Program-made: the position numbers and the translations under genes
Shown here: positions 13,865 to 22,482 of the stretch, piece after piece
Layout of the letters: every line of letters begins with the position of its first letter
Position numbering within the stretch: the first letter of the stretch is position 1
The notes under the pieces: model-generated
The model's input: the letters and a program-made list of their open reading frames with translations, nothing else
The model's database searches: none
Told to the model about the DNA's origin: nothing
NCBI GenBank assembly: GCA_965242925.1
Contig: CBDEUM010000014.1
Coordinates: 480,001-544,000 of the forward strand
Direction of reading: 5' to 3'
DNA: 64,000 nt
From: Roseibacillus sp.
Lineage (GTDB): Bacteria > Verrucomicrobiota > Verrucomicrobiia > Verrucomicrobiales > Akkermansiaceae

Positions 13865-14842
13865 TCAGGAACTTGGTTCCGCGGAGTTTGTCCCGGCCGG
13901 GGCTTCGTCGTGATCGTGGGCCTCGTCGCCGTGATCCTCCTCGTGATGCTCACACATGAGCTTGGTGAACACCGCGCAGAGCAGCGCGAAGACCAGGGCC
14001 TGCACGAAGCCAACCAGCAGTTCCAGGAAGTAGAAGGGAAGGGCCGGGAGCCACTGGAGCCAGTCCGGCAGGTTGAACATGGTCATCAGGATCTCCAGCA
14101 TACTCTCCCCGGCATACACATTGCCATAGAGTCGGAACATGAGGGCGATGGGACGCACCGCGATGGAGAGCACCTCGATCAGGCCAACGAAGAGGAAGAG
14201 CCCCCCCATCAGGATCAACATGATGCCCCTGAATTTCCCCCCCTTGGGGGCGAAGATATGCTTGATGAAGTTGACCGGGCCGATCTCGGTGAAGGACCAG
14301 TAGAACCAGAGGAGGAAGAAGGTCAGCGCCATCGCCATGGTGAGGTTCAGGTCGGCATTGGCACCCCGGAAGAAGGGCCGGAACTTGTCGTGCGCATCGA
14401 CCCCTTCCCCGCTCAATTCAAACCCAACCGTTCCGACCCCCGGAATGAGTCCGGCCCAGTTGGAGAAGAGGATCAGGATGAAGGCGGTGGCCAGGAACCA
14501 GAAGGTCCGCCTGGCGAGGTGTTCCCCCATGATCCCGGTGAAGAAATTGATCAGGCTCTCCACCAGCCATTCCACGAAGTTCTGAAGTCTCCCAGGGACC
14601 AGTTGGATCTTCCTCGTCGCCAGCCAGGAGACCAGGATCAGCACCGCGGCCACCAGCCAGACCATCACCATCGAATTGGTAATCGGGATTCCCAGTGGCC
14701 GGACAATTTCCTCCGCACCTGGGGGAAGTGCTTCATGTCCCCCACCTGCAGCCATGGCGCTCCCGGCTCCCAGGATCAGGAAGGTCAGCAGGGCACCCAG
14801 TCGCAAAAACTGGAGAGCTAAAACACGTGATATCGACGGCAT
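13865..14842 (-). CDS. atpB: Fo ATP synthase a subunit with N-terminal extension and His/acidic tail
   Basis: RPIALMFRLYGN, ELLVGFVQALVF. Confidence 0.95.
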   Translation of the reverse strand: MPSISRVLALQFLRLGALLTFLILGAGSAMAAGGGHEALPPGAEEIVRPLGIPITNSMVMVWLVAAVLILVSWLATRKIQLVPGRLQNFVEWLVESLINFFTGIMGEHLARRTFWFLATAFILILFSNWAGLIPGVGTVGFELSGEGVDAHDKFRPFFRGANADLNLTMAMALTFFLLWFYWSFTEIGPVNFIKHIFAPKGGKFRGIMLILMGGLFLFVGLIEVLSIAVRPIALMFRLYGNVYAGESMLEILMTMFNLPDWLQWLPALPFYFLELLVGFVQALVFALLCAVFTKLMCEHHEEDHGDEAHDHDEAPAGTNSAEPSS

Positions 14843-14862
14843 GCGAAACAGGGACGGAGACG

Positions 14863-14891
14863 CCTATAAAGGTGGCCCCTGAACCGGGCAA
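14863..14891 (-). promoter_or_regulatory. Putative sigma70-type promoter of the atp operon
   Basis: Minus strand reads TTGCCC-17 bp-TATAGG, 20 bp upstream of the atpB ATG. Confidence 0.45.
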
Positions 14892-14897
14892 GATGAA

Positions 14898-14917
14898 TTT
14901 GTGAAATCATTCACAAA
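14898..14917. promoter_or_regulatory. Palindromic operator TTTGTGAA-ATCA-TTCACAAA (matches Rex box and CRP-family consensus)
   Basis: Perfect 8-bp inverted repeat matching TTGTGAA-N4-TTCACAA and TGTGA-N6-TCACA. Confidence 0.7.
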
Positions 14918-15386
14918 GTCGGGTTGCACCCGTTATCACAGGGGTCAAAGCGGACCGGAGGGGTCCCTGCGAGACCTTCACCAGGACCCTCTCGCCATCG
15001 CCTCTGGCAAGGCATGGAATTTCAGTTCCGGGGTTCCCGAACCTTCCGTCCGGGCACCACACGGCAGAAATCAACCGGGGGATTTCATGCCCCGAGCCTA
15101 AAGGGGCCGGACACGGCTAATCAAACAGGTGAGAGCAGGTCCAAACCCCGGGAGATCCGGGCCTGAGGACTCTCTCCTTAAATTCGTAATTAACTGGTAG
15201 TAAGCTCCTTGCAGTCCCCTAACAGAATCTAACAAATCGGAAACCCTTGTTTTATGGAGGTTTCCTGCCCCGTGCACTGGATCTTCAGAGGAGCAGAATC
15301 GACGTAAATCCCTGATATTACGGGGAATAACTAGGATGTGTTTTATCTTTACAAAATATCTCGCTAGCCCCAAAACTGTTAGTGCT

Positions 15387-15743
15387 ATGAATAAAGCTGA
15401 ACTGATCGAAGCCGTCCAAGGGTCCTTGGGCAAGGACGCCACCAAGCGCGCTGCTGAAGACTCGGTCGCTGCCGTCCTGGGTGCGATCGCCAACGGCGTT
15501 CGCACGGAGGGGAAAGTTCAATTGATTGGATTCGGGACATTTGCGGTGAAAAACCGCAAAGCCCGGATGGGCCGGAACCCCAAGACTGGCGAGCCCATGC
15601 ATATCGCGGCCTCAAGGTCGGTGGGCTTCAAGCCCTCCGCCCCCCTCAAGAGTTCGCTCGCTGCTCCGGTTGAGCCGGCACCCCCGGCCCCACCATCTGA
15701 CTTCGCGCCGCCTTCGGCCGAGCCGACGCCCCCGGGCCCCTGA
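15387..15743 (+). CDS. hup: HU-family DNA-binding protein with Pro-rich C-terminal tail
   Basis: MNKAELI, VQLIGFGTF, RMGRNPKTGE. Confidence 0.95.
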   Translation: MNKAELIEAVQGSLGKDATKRAAEDSVAAVLGAIANGVRTEGKVQLIGFGTFAVKNRKARMGRNPKTGEPMHIAASRSVGFKPSAPLKSSLAAPVEPAPPAPPSDFAPPSAEPTPPGP

Positions 15744-15771
15744 TTTCGAGCGTCCCCTGGAATCCTTACGC

Positions 15772-15801
15772 AAACCCGGCCCTCCCCCGGCCGGGTTTTT
15801 T
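15772..15801. terminator. Intrinsic terminator between HU and the DUF2207 array
   Basis: AAACCCGGCC-loop-GGCCGGGTTTTTT. Confidence 0.85.
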
Positions 15802-15819
15802 GGGCTCCGGAGCCTTGCC

Positions 15820-17721
15820 CTACCAGCCACCGCCACCGCCGCCGCCCCCGCCGCCCCCGCCACCGGATCCTCCACCGCCCCCGCTGCCACCGGACGATGG
15901 TGCGGTGGCCGAGGAGGCGAGGGAGTCGGTGAAACTTCCGGACAGGTCGCTCATCATCCCGCTGATCCCCCCCGAACTGCCCGAGTAATAGCTCGGGCTG
16001 TAACTGCTGTCTCCCGGCGCTCCCACCGCCGCCTGCAAAATTCTATCGAACTTTTCCGCCCATTGCTGTTCGCATCCAAGGGCCAGGGCGTAGGGAAGAA
16101 AGCTCTCAAAAAGCTCCGGGGTCTTCTCCGGGTCTTTCCGGGGAGTATACAAGCTGAGCCGCTCCTCTTCCGCCACGCTCAGGTAGTGCCGGAACCCTTC
16201 AATCTGGTCCATCACCCATCGACCCAGGCCCGTCGGGGCCTTCATCCGGTGGATAAAGATAAGATTCAGCGCATACACAATCATGCAGAGGATGAGGGCT
16301 GGCGGCGTCAACCCCATTCCCCCAGTCCCCCACTGAGCAACTACGACAGCCACTGCCATCAAAATCATAGTCATTAGCATTATTACTACGCCCGCCTTTC
16401 CTCCCTGGCGATCTACGGGGTTGAGCATCGGCAGACATCCCATGAGCCCAGCCCCTCCCATAACTAGTCCTGTAACGAAATCGATCCCCAGGAGGAACAG
16501 AATGGTTCCCACCATCGAGAGGATGAGACCCGGGATACACCAGCCGAGGTTGAGCTTGAAATGCACTTTCCTCGCCTGGGAGGCGAGAAGCTTACGGTGC
16601 GCCTCGCGAGCTTCCCCGAAGCACACGTGATTTTCATCCGAGAGTTCCAACCATATATTCCCTTCCAAGAGCCTCCTCTTGAGCTGGGATTCGTCAGTGG
16701 TAAGCGCGCCCGGAAGAGGTGAGGCGCCTCCGGAGGGAGGTGGCGGAGGCTTGGGCGTTCCCCGTAACATATAAGTGTCTCCGCTCTTCCTGATGACCGC
16801 GACCCCCTTGGCCGCCAGCCCGATCACCCCGGCGCTGAAGCAGGTATCGTCATAGCCCATGCGATCAATGTAACGCACCGCGGAAGCCGAGAGTCCCTTG
16901 GGAGGCCCGTAGAGCGGGATAATGGTCCCCTTCGCCGGGTCCTTCCCCACCTTGATCCAGGCCACCAGATAGTAAACGAGGGCTCCCGCGAGCAGCAATA
17001 ACCCCCAGGCGGCCAGGGGATGATCCCGGAAGATCGATGCCCGGGCCTCCTCGTAGGCCCGCTCCTCCAGCAGGCCGGGAGGCCACTCCAACACCACCGT
17101 CAGGTTCTCCTTCGGCCCGAACGGCCGGGTGGCCTCGATGGTGGCCCCGGTCTCGGTCACCTCGGCCCTGTAGTCCTCACCCTGTGCGCCGCGCGTCCCG
17201 GTATAGCCCCAGACCTTGGTCCCCTTGATCCCCTCCGGCAACACCACCGTGGCGCCCACCTTGTCAGCGGGGAATTCCCACTCCGTGCCATTGACGTTCC
17301 AGTAAAGGGCGTCCCGCCCCTCCTCAAGGTAGAGTTGCCGCCCCGTGCGGTAGATGATCTCGTAGGTGTAGGAGCCGGGCTTGAGGATCACCCGAGGGTG
17401 CCCGATGCGGATCCGGATCCCCCCTTGGCCGATTTCCGACGTCTCGTAGTTCTCCTGCTTCCCATCCCGCGTCACCCGCAGCACCCTGAAGGGCTTCTTC
17501 GTTTTCAGCCCGAACTTGGTCGACTGCAGGCGCGGGATATCGCGGTAAATCCCCCGCTTGATCTCATGTCCCTCGGCCCGGACCGTGATGGTCTCGGTCA
17601 CCACCAGGTCCCCGCTCTTCTCCACCACGATGTGGCTGTGGAAGGACTCGATGCGTTCGGCCGCGAGGGCGAGCGGGGCTGCCAGGGCCAAAAGAACCAA
17701 GGCAGCAAGAAAGCGGAACAT
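15820..17721 (-). CDS. DUF2207-type membrane protein, copy A
   Basis: Signal peptide, ectodomain (RGIYRDIP, LYWNVNGTEW), TM segments, IEGFRHYL, LPYALALG, poly-Gly-Trp tail. Confidence 0.88.
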   Translation of the reverse strand: MFRFLAALVLLALAAPLALAAERIESFHSHIVVEKSGDLVVTETITVRAEGHEIKRGIYRDIPRLQSTKFGLKTKKPFRVLRVTRDGKQENYETSEIGQGGIRIRIGHPRVILKPGSYTYEIIYRTGRQLYLEEGRDALYWNVNGTEWEFPADKVGATVVLPEGIKGTKVWGYTGTRGAQGEDYRAEVTETGATIEATRPFGPKENLTVVLEWPPGLLEERAYEEARASIFRDHPLAAWGLLLLAGALVYYLVAWIKVGKDPAKGTIIPLYGPPKGLSASAVRYIDRMGYDDTCFSAGVIGLAAKGVAVIRKSGDTYMLRGTPKPPPPPSGGASPLPGALTTDESQLKRRLLEGNIWLELSDENHVCFGEAREAHRKLLASQARKVHFKLNLGWCIPGLILSMVGTILFLLGIDFVTGLVMGGAGLMGCLPMLNPVDRQGGKAGVVIMLMTMILMAVAVVVAQWGTGGMGLTPPALILCMIVYALNLIFIHRMKAPTGLGRWVMDQIEGFRHYLSVAEEERLSLYTPRKDPEKTPELFESFLPYALALGCEQQWAEKFDRILQAAVGAPGDSSYSPSYYSGSSGGISGMMSDLSGSFTDSLASSATAPSSGGSGGGGGSGGGGGGGGGGGGGW

Positions 17722-17764
17722 CCTGCCGCCTTTCTATCTTCCGCCATGCCAAAGGGCAATCTCC
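17722..17764. repeat. Conserved 43-bp inter-paralog spacer, copy 1
   Basis: CCTGCCGCCTTTCTATCTTCCGCCATGCCAAAGGGCAATCTCC. Confidence 0.95.
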
Positions 17765-20410
17765 CTACCAGCCGCCACCGCCGCCACCGCCGCCCCCACC
17801 ACCGGATCCTCCGCCGCCTCCGCCGCCTCCGCCGCCACCACCACCACCGGACGAGGGGGCGGTGGAGGAGGAGGAAAGGGAGCCGGTGAAACTGCCGGAG
17901 AGGCCGCTCATCATCCCACTCATCCCGGTCCTGCCACTTCCCTCTCCTGAACCGCCAGAGTAGAAGCTCGGGCTGTAGGCGTCCCCCGAAGGGTCAATTC
18001 CTGCTGCCCTCAGGACCTCATCGAATTGATCGGCCCACTGCTGTTCGCAATCCAGTGCCAGGGCATAGGGCAGGAACTCCTCAAAAAGATCGAGGGTCTT
18101 TTCCGGGGTCTCCGGGGGTGCATAAAGACGGAGCCGGTCCCCTTCCCCTACCCTGAGGTAATGCCGGAACCCCTCGATCTCATCCATCAACCGCCGGCCC
18201 AGACGCGTCGGGGCCTTGATCAGGAGGAAGAAAACGTGATTCAAAACCATGAAGAGGAGCCACAAGGCACTGGAAACAATTCCTATTCCCTCAAGCTCGG
18301 TCCCTTTTAAGGCGAATAGGAGCACCCCTACAAATAGGACGAAAATAACGTAGAACATTATCAGAGCTCGATTGAGGGAACCGGAGAACACTCGTCGGCA
18401 AAGCAACATGAGCGGAATCAACGCAACGAACGGAAAGACGAAACGCATTGCATCAGCCTTTCCAAAACTCAAAAAAAGGCACGCCCCGAGCGACAGGAGA
18501 AGCCCCGGCAGGAACCATCCAATGTTCCGTTTGAAGTGCACCTCCTTCACCTGGGCCGCGAGAGCCTTGCGATGCTCCTTGCGGGCCTTGCCAATAACCA
18601 CGTGGTTCGACCGGTGTAGTTCTAAAGACGCACTCAACTTGAACAACCGGCCCCGGAGAATAGCCTCGTCGAAAGGGAGGGGCTGCTTCCCCTTCGCCTT
18701 CTCAAGGTGTTTTCCACTTTTCCTGAGCCAATACTTGCTTTTCTTTTCAATCTTGAGCGCACCCCTGGCCCCCAGTCCGATCACCCCGGCACTGAAGCAC
18801 TTGGCATCATAGGCCATCTCCATGATGTAGCGTGCCGCAGCAGCCGAGAGCCCCTCGGGCGGCCCATAGCGGGGAATGATGGCCCCCTTTTGGGGATCCC
18901 TTCCCACCGCCAACCAGGCCAGCAGGAAGTAAAACCCCGCCAAGCCCAACAACAGGCCACTGATGACGACTTTCGGATGGTCCCGCCCCAGCGAAAATTC
19001 TGTATGCTTTTTAGCCTGCGCATCAAGCAGACCAGGCGGCCACTCCAGCACCACCGACAGGTTCTCTCGCCTCGACAGCACGCGGCTGGTTGCAATGGTG
19101 GCCCCGGTCTCCGTCCGGACGGCCTCATAGTCTTTGCCTTCCTCCCCTCTTCTTCCGGTATAACCCCACACCTTCGTCGGCTTGATCCCCTCCGGCAGCT
19201 CAACCGTCGCGCTTACCTTATCGGTCGCAAAGTCCCACTCCGTCCCATTAATATTCCAATAGAGGACCTCCCGCCCCTCCTCGAAGTAGAGTTGCCGCCC
19301 CGTGCGGTAGATGATCTCGTAAGTGTGCTCGCCATGAGCAAGGCGGACGTCCGGGCGACCAATACGGATGCGAATCCCCCCACTCCCGAGACCGATCCGG
19401 CTTACCTCGTAGTTCTCCTGCCTGAAAGAAGAAGACCTTTCAGGACCTTTCCGCCTCACCGAAAGAACCTCGAGAGGCTTTTTCTTTTTCAGTCTCAGGA
19501 AATGAGCCAGCTTGTCGTCCGGATCTGGGTCCCCCAGCAGGGGAATATCGCGGAAAATCCCCCGCTTGATCTTACGTCCCCCGGCCCGCACCTTGATGGT
19601 CTCGGTCACCAGCAGCTCTCCGCTCTTCTCCACCACGATCCGGCTGTCAAAGGAAAGGATCCGCTCGGCCACAGTCGGTCCCAGGCGGATGCCTCCCCGG
19701 GACGGGGAGGGCCGGGACTGCCGGCCTGTGCCCGCAACAATAACAAGGTGAAGCGAGTCCGAAAGGGCGGGTGGAATCTCCACCTTGAAGCTGAGGGCCT
19801 CCTCCCTCCCGAGAGCACGGGTAGTTTCAATAGTGATTCCTGACTCGGTATGAGTGGCCTCGTAGTCCCTTCCCTCGTCCTGCCGTGTCGAGCCCAGGGG
19901 CCCGGTCTGTCCTGAGATCCTGGCGCCCTCCCATGAAAATTCCCCGGGGAATTCCACCACCGCGCTCACCTTGTCAAAGGGTAAACTCCATCCGGTCCCG
20001 TTGATAGCTCTCGACAGGTAAGGCCGGTCTCCCGCGGTAAGGCCGGCATAGTGCCGGCTGACGCGATAGACCAGCACGTAGGTGTAGGTTCCCGGGGCCG
20101 GTGCTTCACGGGGGGATCCCAACCAGACCCGGGTCACTCCCAGGTCCTTGATCCCCTGGGCCTGCCAGAACCCCTTCTCCCCGTCCCGCTCGAATCGTAC
20201 CACCCTGCCATGCATCCCGGGAGGAATGTCCCGGTAGAGGTCCTCCTCACGCTTCTTTCCCTCAAACCTGACCCTGGTGGTCTCGGTCACCAGCAGGCTC
20301 CCGCTCTTTTCCACCACGATGTGGCTGTCAAAGGACAGGATGCGCTCGGCCGCGACGGAAGCCGGGGCTGCGAGGGCCAAAAGAACCAAGGCAGCAAGAA
20401 AGCGGGACAT
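17765..20410 (-). CDS. DUF2207-type membrane protein, copy B, with two ectodomains
   Basis: AERILSFDS..VVEKSG occurs twice; same C-terminal motifs as copy A. Confidence 0.88.
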   Translation of the reverse strand: MSRFLAALVLLALAAPASVAAERILSFDSHIVVEKSGSLLVTETTRVRFEGKKREEDLYRDIPPGMHGRVVRFERDGEKGFWQAQGIKDLGVTRVWLGSPREAPAPGTYTYVLVYRVSRHYAGLTAGDRPYLSRAINGTGWSLPFDKVSAVVEFPGEFSWEGARISGQTGPLGSTRQDEGRDYEATHTESGITIETTRALGREEALSFKVEIPPALSDSLHLVIVAGTGRQSRPSPSRGGIRLGPTVAERILSFDSRIVVEKSGELLVTETIKVRAGGRKIKRGIFRDIPLLGDPDPDDKLAHFLRLKKKKPLEVLSVRRKGPERSSSFRQENYEVSRIGLGSGGIRIRIGRPDVRLAHGEHTYEIIYRTGRQLYFEEGREVLYWNINGTEWDFATDKVSATVELPEGIKPTKVWGYTGRRGEEGKDYEAVRTETGATIATSRVLSRRENLSVVLEWPPGLLDAQAKKHTEFSLGRDHPKVVISGLLLGLAGFYFLLAWLAVGRDPQKGAIIPRYGPPEGLSAAAARYIMEMAYDAKCFSAGVIGLGARGALKIEKKSKYWLRKSGKHLEKAKGKQPLPFDEAILRGRLFKLSASLELHRSNHVVIGKARKEHRKALAAQVKEVHFKRNIGWFLPGLLLSLGACLFLSFGKADAMRFVFPFVALIPLMLLCRRVFSGSLNRALIMFYVIFVLFVGVLLFALKGTELEGIGIVSSALWLLFMVLNHVFFLLIKAPTRLGRRLMDEIEGFRHYLRVGEGDRLRLYAPPETPEKTLDLFEEFLPYALALDCEQQWADQFDEVLRAAGIDPSGDAYSPSFYSGGSGEGSGRTGMSGMMSGLSGSFTGSLSSSSTAPSSGGGGGGGGGGGGGGSGGGGGGGGGGGW

Positions 20411-20453
20411 CCTGCCGCCTTTCTATCTTCCGCCCTGCCAAAGGGCAACCTCC
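20411..20453. repeat. Conserved 43-bp spacer, copy 2
   Basis: Near-identical to 17722-17764. Confidence 0.95.
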
Positions 20454-22439
20454 CTACCAGCCGCCACCGCCGCCGCCGCCACCGCCACCGCCGGATCCTC
20501 CCCCGCCGCCTCCGCCACCTCCTCCACCTCCTCCACCGCCGCCCGAAGGGGCGGTTGAAGAGGAGGAAAGGGAGCCGGTGAAACTGCCGGAGAGGCCGCT
20601 CATCATCCCACTCATCCCGGTCATGCCACTTCCCCCTCCTGAACCGCCAGAGTAGAAGCTCGGGCTGTAGGCGTCCCCCGAAGGGTCAATTCCTGCGGAC
20701 CTCAGGACCTCATCGAATTGATCGGCCCACTGCTGTTCGCAATCCAGCGCCAGGGCATAAGGCAGGAACTCCTCAAAAAGATCGAGGGTCTTTTCCGGAG
20801 TCTCCGGGGGTGCATAAAGGCGGAGCCGGTCCCCTTCTCCTACCCTGAGGTAATGCCGGAACCCCTCGATCTCATCCATCAGCCGCCGGCCCAGGCGCGT
20901 CGGAGCCTTGATCAGGAGGAAGAAAACGTGATTCAGGCCCGCGAAGAGGAGCCACAAGGCACTGGAAAGAATTCCCATCACCTCAAGCTCGGTCCCCTTG
21001 AACGCTGATAGGAACATCGCCATAAAGAGGACCACAGCAGCATAGAATATTATCATGGCTAGATTGAAAGACCCGGAGAACAAGGACCTCCAATATACCA
21101 GCGCAATGACCGGAAGGGACATAATGAACATCATGAACGGAAGGTTGAAAGACACTGCCTCCCACTTCCCAAGACTCCAAAAAAGGCACGCTCCGAGCGA
21201 CAGGAGAAGCCCCGGCAGGAACCATCCCATGTTCCGTTTGAAGTGAACGCCGTTCACCTGGGCCGCGAGAGCCTTGCGATGCTCCTTGCGGGCCTTGCCA
21301 ATAACCACGTGGTTCGGCTGGTGCAGTTCTAAAGACGCACTCAACTCGAACAACCGGGCCCGGAGAATAGCCTCGTCGGAAGGGAGGGACTGCTTCCCCT
21401 TCGCCTTCTCAAGGTGTTTTCCCCTTTTCCTGAGCCAATACTTGCTTTTCTTTTCGATCTTGAGCGCACCCCTGGCCCCCAGTCCGATCACTCCGGCACT
21501 GAAGCACTTGGCATCATAGGCCATCTCCATGATGTAGCGTACCGCAGCGGCCGAGAGCCCCTCGGGCGGCGCATAGCGGGGAATGATGGTCCCCTTTTGG
21601 GGATCCCTTCCCACCAACACCCAGGCCAGCAGGAAGTATAACCCTGCGAAGCCCAGCAACAGGCCGCTGATGACAACTTGCGGATGGTCCCGCCCCAGCG
21701 AAAATTCCGTATTCCTTTTAGCCTGCGCATCAAGCAGGCCAGGCGGCCACTCCAGCACCACCGTCAGGTTCTCTCTCCTCGACAGCACGCGGTTGGCTGA
21801 AATGGTGGCTCCGGTCTCCGTCAGGACAGCCTCATAGTCTTTGCCTTCCTCCCCTCTTCTTCCGGTATAACCCCACACCTTCGTCGGCTTGATCCCCTCC
21901 GGCAGCTCAACCGTCGCGCTCACCTGGTCAGCGGGAAAAGGCCACTCCGTGCCATTAATATTCCAATAGAGGACTTCCCGCCCCTCCTCGAAGTAAAGCT
22001 GCCGCCCCGTCCGATACACGATCTCATAGGTGTGCTCGCCATGAGCAAGGCGAACGTCCCGACGACCAATACGGATGCGAATCCCCCACCCCCCCCATTG
22101 CCCGATCCAGCTTACCTGATAGTTCTCCTCCCTGAGAGAAGAAGCCTCTTCAGGACCTTTCCGCCTCACCGAAAGAACCTCGAGAGGCTTTTTCTTTTTC
22201 AGTCTCAGAAGATGAGCCAGCTTGTCGTCCGGTTCCGGGTCCCCCAGCAGGGGAATATCGCGGAAGATCCCCCGCTTGATCTCACGTCCCCCGGCCCGCA
22301 CCTTGATGGTTTCGGTCACCAGCAGCTCTCCGCTCTTTTCCACCACGATGTGGCTGTCAAAGGAGAGGATGCGCTCGGCCGCCAGGGAAGCCGGGGCTGC
22401 GAGGGCCAAAAGAACCAAGGCAGCAAGAAAGCGGAACAT
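20454..22439 (-). CDS. DUF2207-type membrane protein, copy C
   Basis: Near-identical to the distal two-thirds of copy B except in the TM block. Confidence 0.88.
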   Translation of the reverse strand: MFRFLAALVLLALAAPASLAAERILSFDSHIVVEKSGELLVTETIKVRAGGREIKRGIFRDIPLLGDPEPDDKLAHLLRLKKKKPLEVLSVRRKGPEEASSLREENYQVSWIGQWGGWGIRIRIGRRDVRLAHGEHTYEIVYRTGRQLYFEEGREVLYWNINGTEWPFPADQVSATVELPEGIKPTKVWGYTGRRGEEGKDYEAVLTETGATISANRVLSRRENLTVVLEWPPGLLDAQAKRNTEFSLGRDHPQVVISGLLLGFAGLYFLLAWVLVGRDPQKGTIIPRYAPPEGLSAAAVRYIMEMAYDAKCFSAGVIGLGARGALKIEKKSKYWLRKRGKHLEKAKGKQSLPSDEAILRARLFELSASLELHQPNHVVIGKARKEHRKALAAQVNGVHFKRNMGWFLPGLLLSLGACLFWSLGKWEAVSFNLPFMMFIMSLPVIALVYWRSLFSGSFNLAMIIFYAAVVLFMAMFLSAFKGTELEVMGILSSALWLLFAGLNHVFFLLIKAPTRLGRRLMDEIEGFRHYLRVGEGDRLRLYAPPETPEKTLDLFEEFLPYALALDCEQQWADQFDEVLRSAGIDPSGDAYSPSFYSGGSGGGSGMTGMSGMMSGLSGSFTGSLSSSSTAPSGGGGGGGGGGGGGGGGSGGGGGGGGGGGW

Positions 22440-22482
22440 CCTGCCGCCTTTCTATCTTCCGCCCTGCCAAAGGGCAACCTCC
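22440..22482. repeat. Conserved 43-bp spacer, copy 3
   Basis: Near-identical to 17722-17764. Confidence 0.95.

Noticed and set aside
14920..15386. Replication origin
   Set aside because: The region is AT-rich but has no clear cluster of DnaA boxes.
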